From the NCBI GenBank assembly GCA_040006935.1, contig JBDTVZ010000002.1:144174-208173 (forward strand): DNA of 64,000 nt, in the 5' to 3' direction. Shown here one piece after another: positions 1 through 9,592 of this stretch (its first letter is position 1; each line of letters opens with the position of its first letter). The notes beneath the pieces are model-generated. The model worked only from the letters and a program-made list of their open reading frames with translations. It searched no databases and was not told the origin of the DNA. A program made the translations under genes and the position numbers. Source of the stretch: Candidatus Dojkabacteria bacterium. Its GTDB lineage: Bacteria; Patescibacteriota; Dojkabacteria; J137.

Positions 1-1395
1 AAGCCATTATTCTATTTCTCTAGAGACGTGGAAAGAGCACTGGGTTTAGAAAGTATTCTAGAAAATTATTTTACCGGTTCAATTGAATCAAGTTACTTAA
101 CAGATAGTTTAAAGAATTCTGTAGGGAAAGAACATATTCTTTCCTTGGAAGATGAAGGAGAAAGCCTACAAAGTGACTCCACATTGGAGTTAGTCAAGAA
201 TTTTAAAATTTCTGAGTGGATTAAAGAGAATACTCCAAAGGGGTTTTATTCTCAGTTTTTCCATTTTAATCAACCTGCTGTAAAAGTAGTTGAAGATTTA
301 GGAGGAAAAGTATTTAATAATTCAGCCGAACTAAATAGGAAATTTGAAGGAAAACTTAATCAACTAAAAATATTTGAGGAAAATCATATTCCAATAGCAA
401 ATAGCTTCATTGCAAATATATCTGAACTTTCATTTAGAGATTCAAACTTAAAACTCACCGTGCCTGACGGCAGACAGGAAACTCAAAACTCAAAACTTGT
501 TATTCAGACAGATCGTGCACATACAGGAAGTGGGACTTTTTTTGTTACAAATCAAGAAGAATTTGAGCAAATTAAAAAAGATTTGGACGGGAATATGGTT
601 AGAGTTTCAGAGATGATAGACGGCCAATCATATACAATCAATGGATGTGTTACTAAGAAAGGAGTTTTTATAGCAGGTTTGCAATATCAAATTACAGGAA
701 TTGCCGAACTTACACCTGGCAAAGGGTCCACAATTGGAAACGATTGGAGCCATGGATTTAAAAGTTTGAATGAAGATTTAAGAAAAAAGATTTATGATGT
801 TACAAAAAAATTAGGCGAAGTAATGCAGAAAGATGGATATAAAGGACTCTATGGAGTTGACTTAGTTGTGAAAGATAAAGATATTTTTGTCATTGAAATT
901 AATGCAAGACAAACGGCAAATATTCCATTGCAAACAAAATTAGAATTACAACAAGATCAAGTCCCTTTGTCTTTAATAAACCTAGCTGAGTGGTTAGAAT
1001 TAGATATTCCATTTGAGCCTAATAAAGAGATTTTACCTTTAGAAGGTTCTCAAGTTTTCTTAAGATCTAAAAAAGAGGGTTTTGTTATTAAAGAAGAATT
1101 AAAATCTGGAATTTACAGACTACAAAGTGATAGTTCTGCAATCAATAAGTCCTCTACAGAGGTTATTTATATAGATGAAGAGCAGGATAAACCTTTAATT
1201 TGGCAAAAAGATGGTTATTCTATTGATTATATTGATGAGGGTGGATTCGTTATTCTTTTTCAAAAGAAAAATCAGATTCGAAATAAGTTTGATGAGGTTG
1301 CAAGAATGCAATTTACGGGGCAAATTGTTTTCTCCGACACACTTTCTCCTTGGGTTATAGAGGCAATGAAAGCAATTGAAGATAGAGTTAGATAA
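1..1395 (+). CDS. ATP-grasp domain protein (5' end outside the window)
   Basis: Frame is open from position 1 (KPLFYFSRDVERALG). ATP-grasp motifs VIQ..AHTGSGTF, YKGLYGVDLVV and VIEINARQT. Confidence 0.75.
   Translation, partial: KPLFYFSRDVERALGLESILENYFTGSIESSYLTDSLKNSVGKEHILSLEDEGESLQSDSTLELVKNFKISEWIKENTPKGFYSQFFHFNQPAVKVVEDLGGKVFNNSAELNRKFEGKLNQLKIFEENHIPIANSFIANISELSFRDSNLKLTVPDGRQETQNSKLVIQTDRAHTGSGTFFVTNQEEFEQIKKDLDGNMVRVSEMIDGQSYTINGCVTKKGVFIAGLQYQITGIAELTPGKGSTIGNDWSHGFKSLNEDLRKKIYDVTKKLGEVMQKDGYKGLYGVDLVVKDKDIFVIEINARQTANIPLQTKLELQQDQVPLSLINLAEWLELDIPFEPNKEILPLEGSQVFLRSKKEGFVIKEELKSGIYRLQSDSSAINKSSTEVIYIDEEQDKPLIWQKDGYSIDYIDEGGFVILFQKKNQIRNKFDEVARMQFTGQIVFSDTLSPWVIEAMKAIEDRVR
444..498 (+). 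repeat. In-frame composite repeat: heptamer array (aaaactc/t) with a 21-bp ccgtgcctgacggcagacagg insert
   Basis: caaactt aaaactc a[ccgtgcctgacggcagacagg 458-478]aaactc aaaactc aaaactt. Near-identical copy at 13757-13812. Confidence 0.8.
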
Positions 1396-1528
1396 TGTTA
1401 TTACGAGGATAGCCTGTCCTGCTTGCCTTACCTGTCGGCGCAGACACGGACGGCAGGCAGGTCTAATGATGGCAGTCTCGTGACATTTCTAATGGGATTG
1501 CTTCGTCGTTTCACTCCTCGCAATGACA
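1396..1528. repeat. REP/RPE-like palindromic element with nested cctgc..gcagg inserts
   Basis: Ends tgttattacgagga / tcctcgcaatgaca; right half nearly identical to 14364-14399. Contains cctgcttgcc..ggcaggcagg (1418-1461), which itself contains cctgtcggcgcagacacgg (1431-1449). Confidence 0.8.
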
Positions 1529-1581
1529 ACATTTGATATTTGTCATTTCCTGTTGTACACTAACAAAAGTTATTTGAACTT

Positions 1582-2115
1582 ATGAATAAAAATTTAAGGC
1601 TTCTATTTATTATTCCTTTAATAGCCTTTTTCTTATCAATAATTATCGTATTTTTTTCACCGCTCAAAATAATTCCTTGCGAAACTAGCACTACTAACCC
1701 AGCAACATCTTGGAATAAAGATAATTGTAAAGGATATTACTTAACAATAAATCAGCAACCCGAGCAAGTAGATATAAACAATTCAGGTTTCCTAATTAAT
1801 TTAGTAATTTTGACATGTGGATCTTTCTTAGTTAATGGAATCATTTTTCTATTATTATTTATTTTTGTTGTCCTAAAAGAAAATAAAGTCCCTGGCTACA
1901 GAGAACAATTTGACGAAACCCAAGAAGAGGAGATTGTAGAACCTAGAGTTACAAAAATGCGAAGACCATTGGCAAAGATTTTCAATGGAGAAAAAGAAAA
2001 TGTTGATATGGTAGAAATTCCATCAGGTGCATCGAGGATAAATAATGTGAAGAAATCCTTGAGAACAATGTTCAAACGAAAGCCAAAATCTATAGAAGGA
2101 GCTTTTGAGGAATAA
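1582..2115 (+). CDS. hypothetical membrane protein
   Basis: Two hydrophobic segments and a charged C-terminus. Confidence 0.6.
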   Translation: MNKNLRLLFIIPLIAFFLSIIIVFFSPLKIIPCETSTTNPATSWNKDNCKGYYLTINQQPEQVDINNSGFLINLVILTCGSFLVNGIIFLLLFIFVVLKENKVPGYREQFDETQEEEIVEPRVTKMRRPLAKIFNGEKENVDMVEIPSGASRINNVKKSLRTMFKRKPKSIEGAFEE

Positions 2116-2117
2116 TT

Positions 2118-2630
2118 TTAAATTTCCTTCTCCATTAAAAGTACATCAAGATAATCATTATCTATTTTAAGTTCCTTCTTTAAAGTTCCATTAATTTCAA
2201 ATCCAAGTCTTTTATAAATTTCAATGGCTTTAAGTTGAGTAGCCACAACCAGAAGTGATATTTTAGCGATTTCTGAGTTATCTTCCAAAATTTTTAAAGC
2301 CTTATTAATAAGATCTTTCCCAATTCCTTTGCCTCTTTTTGCTTTTGTAACATAAAACCAAACTATGGAACCAATATGTTTCTTCCTTTGCTTGCTATCA
2401 TAAGTTAGGCCGATCATTCCAAAAAGTTTTTCTTCTTCAAAAGCTAATAACATCTCTTGCAAATTATTAGTTAAGAAAGGATTTATGTAACCCATCCACC
2501 AATACTCTGAATGTGGAGCATATTCTTCAGAAGAGACTGAAAAAGCAGTAGGATCTTCTTTAAGTCCTTCTAACATTAGATTTTTTACTGAAGTAAAATC
2601 TTTAAGCTCTCCTTTTCTGATTTGATACAC
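2118..2630 (-). CDS. GNAT family N-acetyltransferase
   Basis: Motif A FYVTKAKRGKGIGKDL and motif B AIEIYKRLGF. GTG start. Confidence 0.9.
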   Translation of the reverse strand: MYQIRKGELKDFTSVKNLMLEGLKEDPTAFSVSSEEYAPHSEYWWMGYINPFLTNNLQEMLLAFEEEKLFGMIGLTYDSKQRKKHIGSIVWFYVTKAKRGKGIGKDLINKALKILEDNSEIAKISLLVVATQLKAIEIYKRLGFEINGTLKKELKIDNDYLDVLLMEKEI

Positions 2631-2725
2631 AGAATATATTTAAATATTGAATTTTACGATGTTGAGATTATTTTCACAACATAAAATTCATATTGTAGAG
2701 AAAATAAGACAATTCAAAAAAGAAG

Positions 2726-2734
2726 TGATACAAT
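2726..2734 (+). promoter_or_regulatory. extended -10 (TGaTACAAT) 6 nt upstream of ATG; leaderless promoter
   Basis: TGA TACAAT TTGGTA ATG(2741). Same geometry recurs at 8331 and 60857. Confidence 0.55.
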
Positions 2735-2740
2735 TTGGTA

Positions 2741-4594
2741 ATGAATTTTCTAAAATCTTTAATTACTCCACAAAAAGCATTAATATTTGCAATTATTGCA
2801 TTCGCATTTTTGTTTATTACTAACGGTGAACCTTTCTATCGTTCAGACGCCTGGTGTTATTACACTATTTCGAAGAGCATAATCGATAAAAATAGTTTTG
2901 TAAGTGCAGATCGTCCTGAGTATTTTGACTACATGGAGCATGTTAAGGAAACTTATAATGGAAATTATATTTCTGTATGTTCTCCTGGAACATCAATACT
3001 ACAACTTCCGGGATTAGTTATTGCCAATTTCTTTAAAGGTGATAAGACAATTTATAACGATTATTTTATGGCATATAACGGCCATACAATATACGAAGGA
3101 ATTGCAAGTTTATTGACTGCGATGTTCTTTGGTCTATTCGCGTTAATATTAATTTATAAAACATTGCGCAACTTAAAGTTTGGTGAAAAGATTTCAATTT
3201 TGTCTACAACATTTGTTTTTATTTCAAGTTATGCAGTTTGGTATATATTTCTAAATTCTGCTTTTACACACATTTATGAACTTTTTGCAGTAAGTGCAAT
3301 TATCTACTTCGTTGTTAAATATCAGAAAAATTTAATTGAGAATTTTGATACAGCGAGAATCCCTTTCCTATTAGGATTATTAACTGGACTTTCAATATTG
3401 ATAAGACCTACTCTCGCTCCTCTTGGTTTATTAGTTGGATTATATTTCGTTTACAAAAAAAGATGGAAACATTTATTATATTTTCTATTAGGTGGTCTTC
3501 CAATTTTGATTATCTGGCTTCTTTATAATTATATTTCCTATGGTGCATTTTTTGCCTCAGGATATAGTGTAGTGCGTTCAGAGAATTTCGATTTAACACA
3601 ATTTAATGGATTGAATATGCTCTTTTCTCAATATAGAGGTTGGTTAGTTTATTCTCCAATATTTATATTTAGTATTGCTGGGTTGGTGATGATGTTTAAG
3701 AAAAATCGATTTTTAGTAATTAGTTCACTTGTTTCGATTTTTTCTGCAATTGTAATTTATGGATTTTGGCCTTCCTGGTGGGGAGGTGGAAGTTTTGGTA
3801 ATAGATTTATGATTTTTGCTGTACCGTTTGGTGCTATTGGACTTGCATATATATTAGGTTTAGTTACAGCAGAAACTGCAGGAAAACCCGGAAGTATTGC
3901 AAAGTTAGTTCCTAGTGAAGCTGAGGAGCGAAAAACATTTATTAAAAATACAGTTTTGACATTTGTATTAATATCATTCTTCTATTCATTAGGGTTAGTT
4001 GCACTTTATAGAGTAACAATTACATCAAAACTGGCAAAACCCTATGCTGGAACTATTGATGGTATGTATTCAGCTGATAGATATACACCTTTTGAAATTT
4101 ATGAGTCTAATATAAACCTAATCAGGAATTCATCAACACTTAGTGATTATGTAAATTTACTTTATAAAAATGTAAATGGTGGTAGTGGGATTCTAGCAAT
4201 TCTTACTGGTACTTCGAATGGTGTTTTAAGAGTAGATGATAGAGAGCCAAATGTAGAAAAATTGATTATTATTACACCGCAGTATATAAAAAGACCTCTC
4301 CCAGAAATAGTAGAGGGTTATTACAAGAGTAATACTGGTAAACTTTATAGCTTTGAAATTACAGATATAAACAATGGGGATACTCTTAGTTTTAGATGCG
4401 ACACAACATGTGTAAGTTTATCAAATAAATTGATAATTCATGAACCTATCGAAGCAGTGAGTACTTTGTTGACTTCAGAATATACTTCTATAATTACAAC
4501 CAATGGGAATTTCTACTTTAAATACGTAGATAATTTACAGTTTAGAGGATTTCCAGAGAACATTACAATAGGACAAGAAGCTTTTAAATTATAG
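2741..4594 (+). CDS. polytopic membrane glycosyltransferase (GT-C/PMT-like fold)
   Basis: N-terminal loop SDAWCYY, LIRP motif, many TM helices and WWGGGSFGNRF. Start moved to ATG 2741 on promoter geometry. Confidence 0.7.
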   Translation: MNFLKSLITPQKALIFAIIAFAFLFITNGEPFYRSDAWCYYTISKSIIDKNSFVSADRPEYFDYMEHVKETYNGNYISVCSPGTSILQLPGLVIANFFKGDKTIYNDYFMAYNGHTIYEGIASLLTAMFFGLFALILIYKTLRNLKFGEKISILSTTFVFISSYAVWYIFLNSAFTHIYELFAVSAIIYFVVKYQKNLIENFDTARIPFLLGLLTGLSILIRPTLAPLGLLVGLYFVYKKRWKHLLYFLLGGLPILIIWLLYNYISYGAFFASGYSVVRSENFDLTQFNGLNMLFSQYRGWLVYSPIFIFSIAGLVMMFKKNRFLVISSLVSIFSAIVIYGFWPSWWGGGSFGNRFMIFAVPFGAIGLAYILGLVTAETAGKPGSIAKLVPSEAEERKTFIKNTVLTFVLISFFYSLGLVALYRVTITSKLAKPYAGTIDGMYSADRYTPFEIYESNINLIRNSSTLSDYVNLLYKNVNGGSGILAILTGTSNGVLRVDDREPNVEKLIIITPQYIKRPLPEIVEGYYKSNTGKLYSFEITDINNGDTLSFRCDTTCVSLSNKLIIHEPIEAVSTLLTSEYTSIITTNGNFYFKYVDNLQFRGFPENITIGQEAFKL

Positions 4595-4675
4595 GCATTC
4601 CAAGTTGAGAAGTTACAAACTTGTAAACGATATGAGACCTGAATGGAATAATGTTGAATACTCTCTGAAATATAT

Positions 4676-5230
4676 TTAATCTACATATACATCAATCTCT
4701 TTGTCAAAACTTTTACTACCACTAAATACACTGGCCTTAATTCGATTAGTTCCTTGTGTTAACGTTTGAGTAATTCCACCTTTATTATTTAAGTTCAAAC
4801 CTAACTCTACATCTGTTTGAGTTGTTGAATTACTTACAGTCCAGTAAATATCGAATTTGTACGCTGCAGAACTTCCCCATTCTTTACCATCAACTAGTGG
4901 AATAGCGTTAAATCTATATTCATTTGTAACAGGATTAGTTTGTGTAGAAATAATGTTTAGATCTATAACAAAATCTGCATTTGCAACGGATACATCTTGT
5001 TGTTGATTATTAACAAACAAAACAAAACCTGTTCCACCGACTAAGAATGCAGCAAAAGCAAAAGCTGCTAATGGCTTACCTAAAAATCCATATTTTGGTC
5101 TTTGCATTTCTTGTATTTGTCTATTTTGAGTTATTACTAAACCAATGAGAATTAAGACAGTAATTATTACCACTGCAAATAATGCTGCAAAAGCTGGATA
5201 TTGTGTTAAAAGAAGTTGTGTATCTTGCAT
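4676..5230 (-). CDS. hypothetical membrane protein with C-terminal beta-rich domain
   Basis: Two TM segments followed by a soluble beta-rich region. Confidence 0.6.
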   Translation of the reverse strand: MQDTQLLLTQYPAFAALFAVVIITVLILIGLVITQNRQIQEMQRPKYGFLGKPLAAFAFAAFLVGGTGFVLFVNNQQQDVSVANADFVIDLNIISTQTNPVTNEYRFNAIPLVDGKEWGSSAAYKFDIYWTVSNSTTQTDVELGLNLNNKGGITQTLTQGTNRIKASVFSGSKSFDKEIDVYVD

Positions 5231-5334
5231 GTTTAAAAATAACTAATTAATAACCAGTATATACACAATTCAAACTCAAGTCTAGAGATCAATAATTAAT
5301 TAAAAACTCAAAATCTCTTTTAATTTTTTAATTG

Positions 5335-6387
5335 TTAATTGATAAGTCCGTGTGCCCCATTTTCTGCAAGGCCATTTTGAGTAACAATTGTGAATACGGA
5401 TTTAGTTTGAAAATCTTTAATATTAAATGCACCTGTATAACTTAAGGCAGATTTCAAACCCATTATATACTTCTCAACTAGATCTGCAACACTTCCTTGA
5501 TACTTTGTATAACCAGAATCACCTTCTACAAATCTATTTGCTTTTTCTCTAAAACTTTTATCAGATTCTGCTCTTTTTAATTTAGCAGTGACTGAACTAG
5601 ACCCATAATATTCTTTATACTTAACACCATTAATTTCTACTAATTTGCTTGGAGCCTCATCTGTACCTGCAAAAATACTGCCCATATATACTGCAGTTCC
5701 TCCGGCTGCTATCGCTTTAGCAAAACCACCAGGTGTTTTGACACCTCCATCCGCGATAATGCTTACTCCATGATTACGAGCTACGTCAAAGCATTCCATA
5801 ATTGCAGTTATTTGTGCTGCTCCCGATCCTGTGGTAATTCTCGTTGTGCACGCAGCTCCAGGGCCAACTCCAACCTTTATTCCATCTACCCCATGGTGAA
5901 CAAGAAATAATGCAGCTTCCTTAGTTGCTACATTTCCAACTATTAAAGGAGAATCCCCAAATTTTTGTCGGAAATCTTTTATTGCATTCTTTGCAAGTAG
6001 ATTATGTGCATGCGGTGAATCCATAATAACGACGTCAACACCGGCATCAATGATTGCCTCCGCTCTCTCCATATAATCCCTTGAACTTCCAATTGCTCCA
6101 GCAATTTGCCCACCTTTTGACTTGATTGCTTTGATCATTTTAACTTCTTCTTCAATGCTCATAAACTGATCAACAGTAGCCATGCCTCCTGCTTTCGAAA
6201 GCTTCACACCTAATTCGATCGAGTTCACACTTTGCATGTTTGCAGACATAATAGGAGCACTTATTTTCAAGCCAGGAACAATTTCTACGCTAACATCAAC
6301 CTCTTCTCTGGAATTGACTTCAGAGTATTGTGGTCTTAATAAAACATCATCAAAAGTGTAGACTGGAGAAGCTAAAATTGTAGCCAT
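5335..6387 (-). CDS. guaB: IMP dehydrogenase / GMP reductase family protein (no CBS subdomain)
   Basis: [10 protein letters not shown], catalytic loop [21 protein letters not shown] and FVEG. IMPDH versus GMPR cannot be fully resolved by eye. Confidence 0.8.
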   Translation of the reverse strand: MATILASPVYTFDDVLLRPQYSEVNSREEVDVSVEIVPGLKISAPIMSANMQSVNSIELGVKLSKAGGMATVDQFMSIEEEVKMIKAIKSKGGQIAGAIGSSRDYMERAEAIIDAGVDVVIMDSPHAHNLLAKNAIKDFRQKFGDSPLIVGNVATKEAALFLVHHGVDGIKVGVGPGAACTTRITTGSGAAQITAIMECFDVARNHGVSIIADGGVKTPGGFAKAIAAGGTAVYMGSIFAGTDEAPSKLVEINGVKYKEYYGSSSVTAKLKRAESDKSFREKANRFVEGDSGYTKYQGSVADLVEKYIMGLKSALSYTGAFNIKDFQTKSVFTIVTQNGLAENGAHGLIN

Positions 6388-6469
6388 GACTAACAATTTA
6401 AAATATAAACGTAATACAAAGGGGTATTACGAGATAGTTTAAGGTTTATATTTAGACATATCAAGGAAA

Positions 6470-6580
6470 TTTCTAAATACTAACCAATAATCAAGTCTCA
6501 ACTTCTAAATATTTAAAACTACAATTTGTTGATTGGAATTTGAATTTGTTTGGGATTTAGAATTCACTGCTTAGGATTTA
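6470..6580. repeat. AT-rich heptamer-periodic inverted repeat shell
   Basis: ttctaaatactaaccaataatcaagtctcaa arm opposite a ttggaatttgaatttgtttgggatttagaatt arm. Similar element at 47452-47575. Confidence 0.45.
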
Positions 6581-6622
6581 AATATTAGATTTGATATAAT
6601 TCAAATAAATTATCATATCTTT

Positions 6623-7297
6623 ATGGAAGTGAATTTCCCAGAATCTTGGAAAAAGTATTTAAAAGAAGAATTTGAAAAACCTTATTTCATCGAGCTTGTT
6701 GGGTTTGTAAAAGAAGAATATAAAAAAGTTAAGATTCACCCACCTGGTCCTACTATTTTTAAAGCATTCCAGGAATGTTCTTTTGAAGATTGTAGGGTAG
6801 TAATCTTAGGTCAAGATCCATATCATTCTCCTAAAACAGCCAATGGACTTTCTTTTTCCGTAAATCCTCAAAATAGACTCCCGCCTTCGTTGCAAAATAT
6901 TTATAAAGAACTCAAAAGTGATTTAGGAGTTGAACCTCCTGTAAATGGCGATCTAACGGTTTGGGCAAAACAAGGAGTTTTACTTTTAAACGCAGTGCTT
7001 ACTGTGCAAGGAGGGAAACCAGGATCACATGCGAAAAAGGGTTGGGAAACTTTCACAGATGCTGTTATAAAATTAATTTCGGATAAAAAAGAACATATAG
7101 TATTTTTCCTTTGGGGCGCATATGCTCAGCAAAAAGGTTCGATTATTGATGAGACTAAACATTTAGTAATAAAATCCGCACATCCATCACCTTTTTCTGC
7201 AGATAGAGGTTTTTTTGGAAGTAAGCCTTTTAGCAAGGCAAACTCCTATTTAAAAGAACATGGAAAAAAGAAAATTAATTGGGGAAATAACAGTTAA
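6623..7297 (+). CDS. ung: uracil-DNA glycosylase (family 1)
   Basis: GQDPYH, GVLLLNAVLTV and AHPSPFS motifs. Confidence 0.97.
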   Translation: MEVNFPESWKKYLKEEFEKPYFIELVGFVKEEYKKVKIHPPGPTIFKAFQECSFEDCRVVILGQDPYHSPKTANGLSFSVNPQNRLPPSLQNIYKELKSDLGVEPPVNGDLTVWAKQGVLLLNAVLTVQGGKPGSHAKKGWETFTDAVIKLISDKKEHIVFFLWGAYAQQKGSIIDETKHLVIKSAHPSPFSADRGFFGSKPFSKANSYLKEHGKKKINWGNNS

Positions 7298-7340
7298 CAA
7301 TTAAAAAAATAATCAGAAATATGAGATTCCCTTCTAAATT

Positions 7341-8003
7341 TTAATTGATAGTTAGGCTTTGTACAAAATTCTCGAATTGAGCTACTTGCTGATCACTCAC
7401 TGTTTTATCTTCCGAAAGTCTACCACTTTCAAAACAAATATTTGATGCAGTACATCCGTAAACTTCTTCTATGGCTGTCAGTGTTGGATCTTCTTTTACA
7501 TCTTTTATATTTCCATCAGAATCCTGAATTGTTGTTAGAAATTTTCTTTGACCATAACTAAAATTTACCTGTTCTCCTGCTACTAATAGCTTCTTAAAAT
7601 CCGTTAAAGTTGCAACAGGACTTTTTAATTTTATTCCATAAGGTGTTGAAATATAGGAAGTAGTTCCGGAAACATCGATATCGTAGATTGTGCAACCAGC
7701 TCCATTATCCCCAATGCAGGAGAAATCACTCGCGGAAGTATTATTATAACCACTGATTACAACAGAACCTAAAGGTAACGATAGAGTTTTATTATTTAAA
7801 GTAAGCTCAATTTTTCCACTCACATCCAAATAATTAATATTCTCAACGGGAAGCCCTGGAGGATTTCCAGTAGTATCTGTATTTAAGGAATCGTTTACTG
7901 GAACAGCTTTAAATATAAAGAATGCTATGCCAATAATGACGATAACCACTAGTAGTACTGCTAATACAATCTCCAGCCTTGTTCTTAATAATTTTGTATT
8001 CAT
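7341..8003 (-). CDS. hypothetical membrane-anchored protein
   Basis: N-terminal TM helix and an extracytoplasmic domain with paired Cys. Confidence 0.6.
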   Translation of the reverse strand: MNTKLLRTRLEIVLAVLLVVIVIIGIAFFIFKAVPVNDSLNTDTTGNPPGLPVENINYLDVSGKIELTLNNKTLSLPLGSVVISGYNNTSASDFSCIGDNGAGCTIYDIDVSGTTSYISTPYGIKLKSPVATLTDFKKLLVAGEQVNFSYGQRKFLTTIQDSDGNIKDVKEDPTLTAIEEVYGCTASNICFESGRLSEDKTVSDQQVAQFENFVQSLTIN

Positions 8004-8116
8004 ATTGTTTGAATGATATTGAACTCAGTATAGATTATTTTAAATTGTTAGTAAACTCAATGGCTTTCATTCTCATTATTAATTAACTGACAATTATATT
8101 TTAATTTGTCGTCAGC

Positions 8117-8220
8117 TGGGGTTTTGGGAAACCGAACTGGCTAACTTCCAGGTCCTTGGTTAGCAGCCATTCGTTTCTCCAAAACTTTTTTGGTTACTTT
8201 TTTAGTTATAAAAAAGTGAA
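8117..8220 (+). other. long intergenic hairpin plus a second T-rich hairpin (REP-like element or small RNA)
   Basis: gttttgggaaaccgaactggct pairs with agccattcgtttctccaaaac. Followed by ttactttttta-gtta-taaaaaagtga. Confidence 0.45.
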
Positions 8221-8330
8221 AAAGATTAAGAAACAAACTTTAGATTGTATAACTCCACTTTTGATCTCTAACACTGCAAAGTTATAGGGGGGGTAATGTC
8301 ACAGTTCCAGAACCTCACTATGACATGTTA

Positions 8331-8339
8331 TGCTAAAAT
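8331..8339 (+). promoter_or_regulatory. extended -10 (TGcTAAAAT), leaderless promoter
   Basis: TGC TAAAAT CAATTC ATG(8346). Confidence 0.55.
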
Positions 8340-8345
8340 CAATTC

Positions 8346-9395
8346 ATGAATAAAGAAAACAAAAAAACTTCCGATGAGACTTTAAAAAAAATAAAATCAG
8401 CAGAAAAAATTCTAATAGTTCCCGATGGAAAAAGAGTAGACCATGACTGCATATCTTCTGCAGTTGCTCTTAAACTATTTCTAATTAAATTAGGGAAAGC
8501 AGAACCAATGATTTGCATTTTTGGAAGCGTTCCGAATTATATGAAAGAGTTTGTTACAGAAAATGAAATTGTAACAAATCATATTGCTGATGTTGATTTT
8601 AATAGCTATGACTTAATATTTCTTCTCGATGCTCCTCAATGGGATCGAGTACTGAGTGATGATTACCAAACAGTTTTAGACAAGGTTCCAATGGAGAAAT
8701 TTATAAATATAGATCACCATGAATATGCGACTATTTATCAAACAAATCCTGAAACTGTGGTTGTGGAGATTGGAGAACCCTCTACAACAAAAGTTCTTTA
8801 CGACCTTATTATTGAACCTTCTGGGATAGAACTGGATAAAAATATTGCCGAAATGCTATATGTTGGACTTGTTTCCGACAGTCAGTTTTTCAGATTTGGA
8901 ATAAAAGAAGATACCTTGAGTTTTGGTCAGATATTATTAAACACAGGAATTGATCATTACAAAATCTTAAACATGTTAACTCGAGTTGAGAAAGGTAGTA
9001 TTGATTATTTAACTAGTGTATTAAATCATATAAGATATTATCCAGAAATAAAATTAATGACGCTGATCATCAGTGAAAAATTAATTAGCGAACTTGATGG
9101 TAAACTTGGAGATGACTGGATGGATAAGGAATATTTTCACTATTTCAATGACAACGTTGCTGCGAAGATAACCGGTTTTGACTATTGTGTTACGTTTAAG
9201 GTGAGTTCAAAAGGTACAAAAATTAGTTGGCGATCCGCAAATTATAATACTATTGCCCTAAAAGATGTTTTAGAGAAAATGAATTTTTTTGGTGGTGGAC
9301 ACAGAAATGCTGGCGGTGGTGTGATTAGTGATTCAACACCAGAGGAAACAGAAGCAGAATTTGTAGCAGAATTGACAAAAACATTAAGTAATTAA
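8346..9395 (+). CDS. DHH/DHHA1 phosphoesterase (NrnA-like)
   Basis: DHDC, LLD, IDHHE, SDSQFFRF and GGGHRNAGG motifs. Confidence 0.9.
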   Translation: MNKENKKTSDETLKKIKSAEKILIVPDGKRVDHDCISSAVALKLFLIKLGKAEPMICIFGSVPNYMKEFVTENEIVTNHIADVDFNSYDLIFLLDAPQWDRVLSDDYQTVLDKVPMEKFINIDHHEYATIYQTNPETVVVEIGEPSTTKVLYDLIIEPSGIELDKNIAEMLYVGLVSDSQFFRFGIKEDTLSFGQILLNTGIDHYKILNMLTRVEKGSIDYLTSVLNHIRYYPEIKLMTLIISEKLISELDGKLGDDWMDKEYFHYFNDNVAAKITGFDYCVTFKVSSKGTKISWRSANYNTIALKDVLEKMNFFGGGHRNAGGGVISDSTPEETEAEFVAELTKTLSN

Positions 9396-9592
9396 AGTTC
9401 TAAGTGCACGCTTCCTCTTGATATCAATTCCTTTAGAATTTTATTAAATTTACGTTCATTCCATCCGAACTCTTTCACTGCTAATATCAGTAATCTAACT
9501 TTTTCGATACCTTGATGAGTTGTGATAAGGGAGTAAAGTTTTTCTTCATCAGTCAAAACTATTTCGTCTAATTCACCTTCAATTCCACTCAT
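9392..9592 (-). CDS. small hypothetical protein, winged-helix-like
   Basis: ATGA overlap with the gltX stop suggests translational coupling. C-terminus FNKILKELISRGSV resembles a wHTH. Confidence 0.55.
   Translation of the reverse strand: MSGIEGELDEIVLTDEEKLYSLITTHQGIEKVRLLILAVKEFGWNERKFNKILKELISRGSVHLEL

Noticed and set aside
6388-6622. Purine riboswitch upstream of the IMPDH gene
   Set aside because: No recognisable aptamer core; the region is AT-rich periodic repeat plus promoters.
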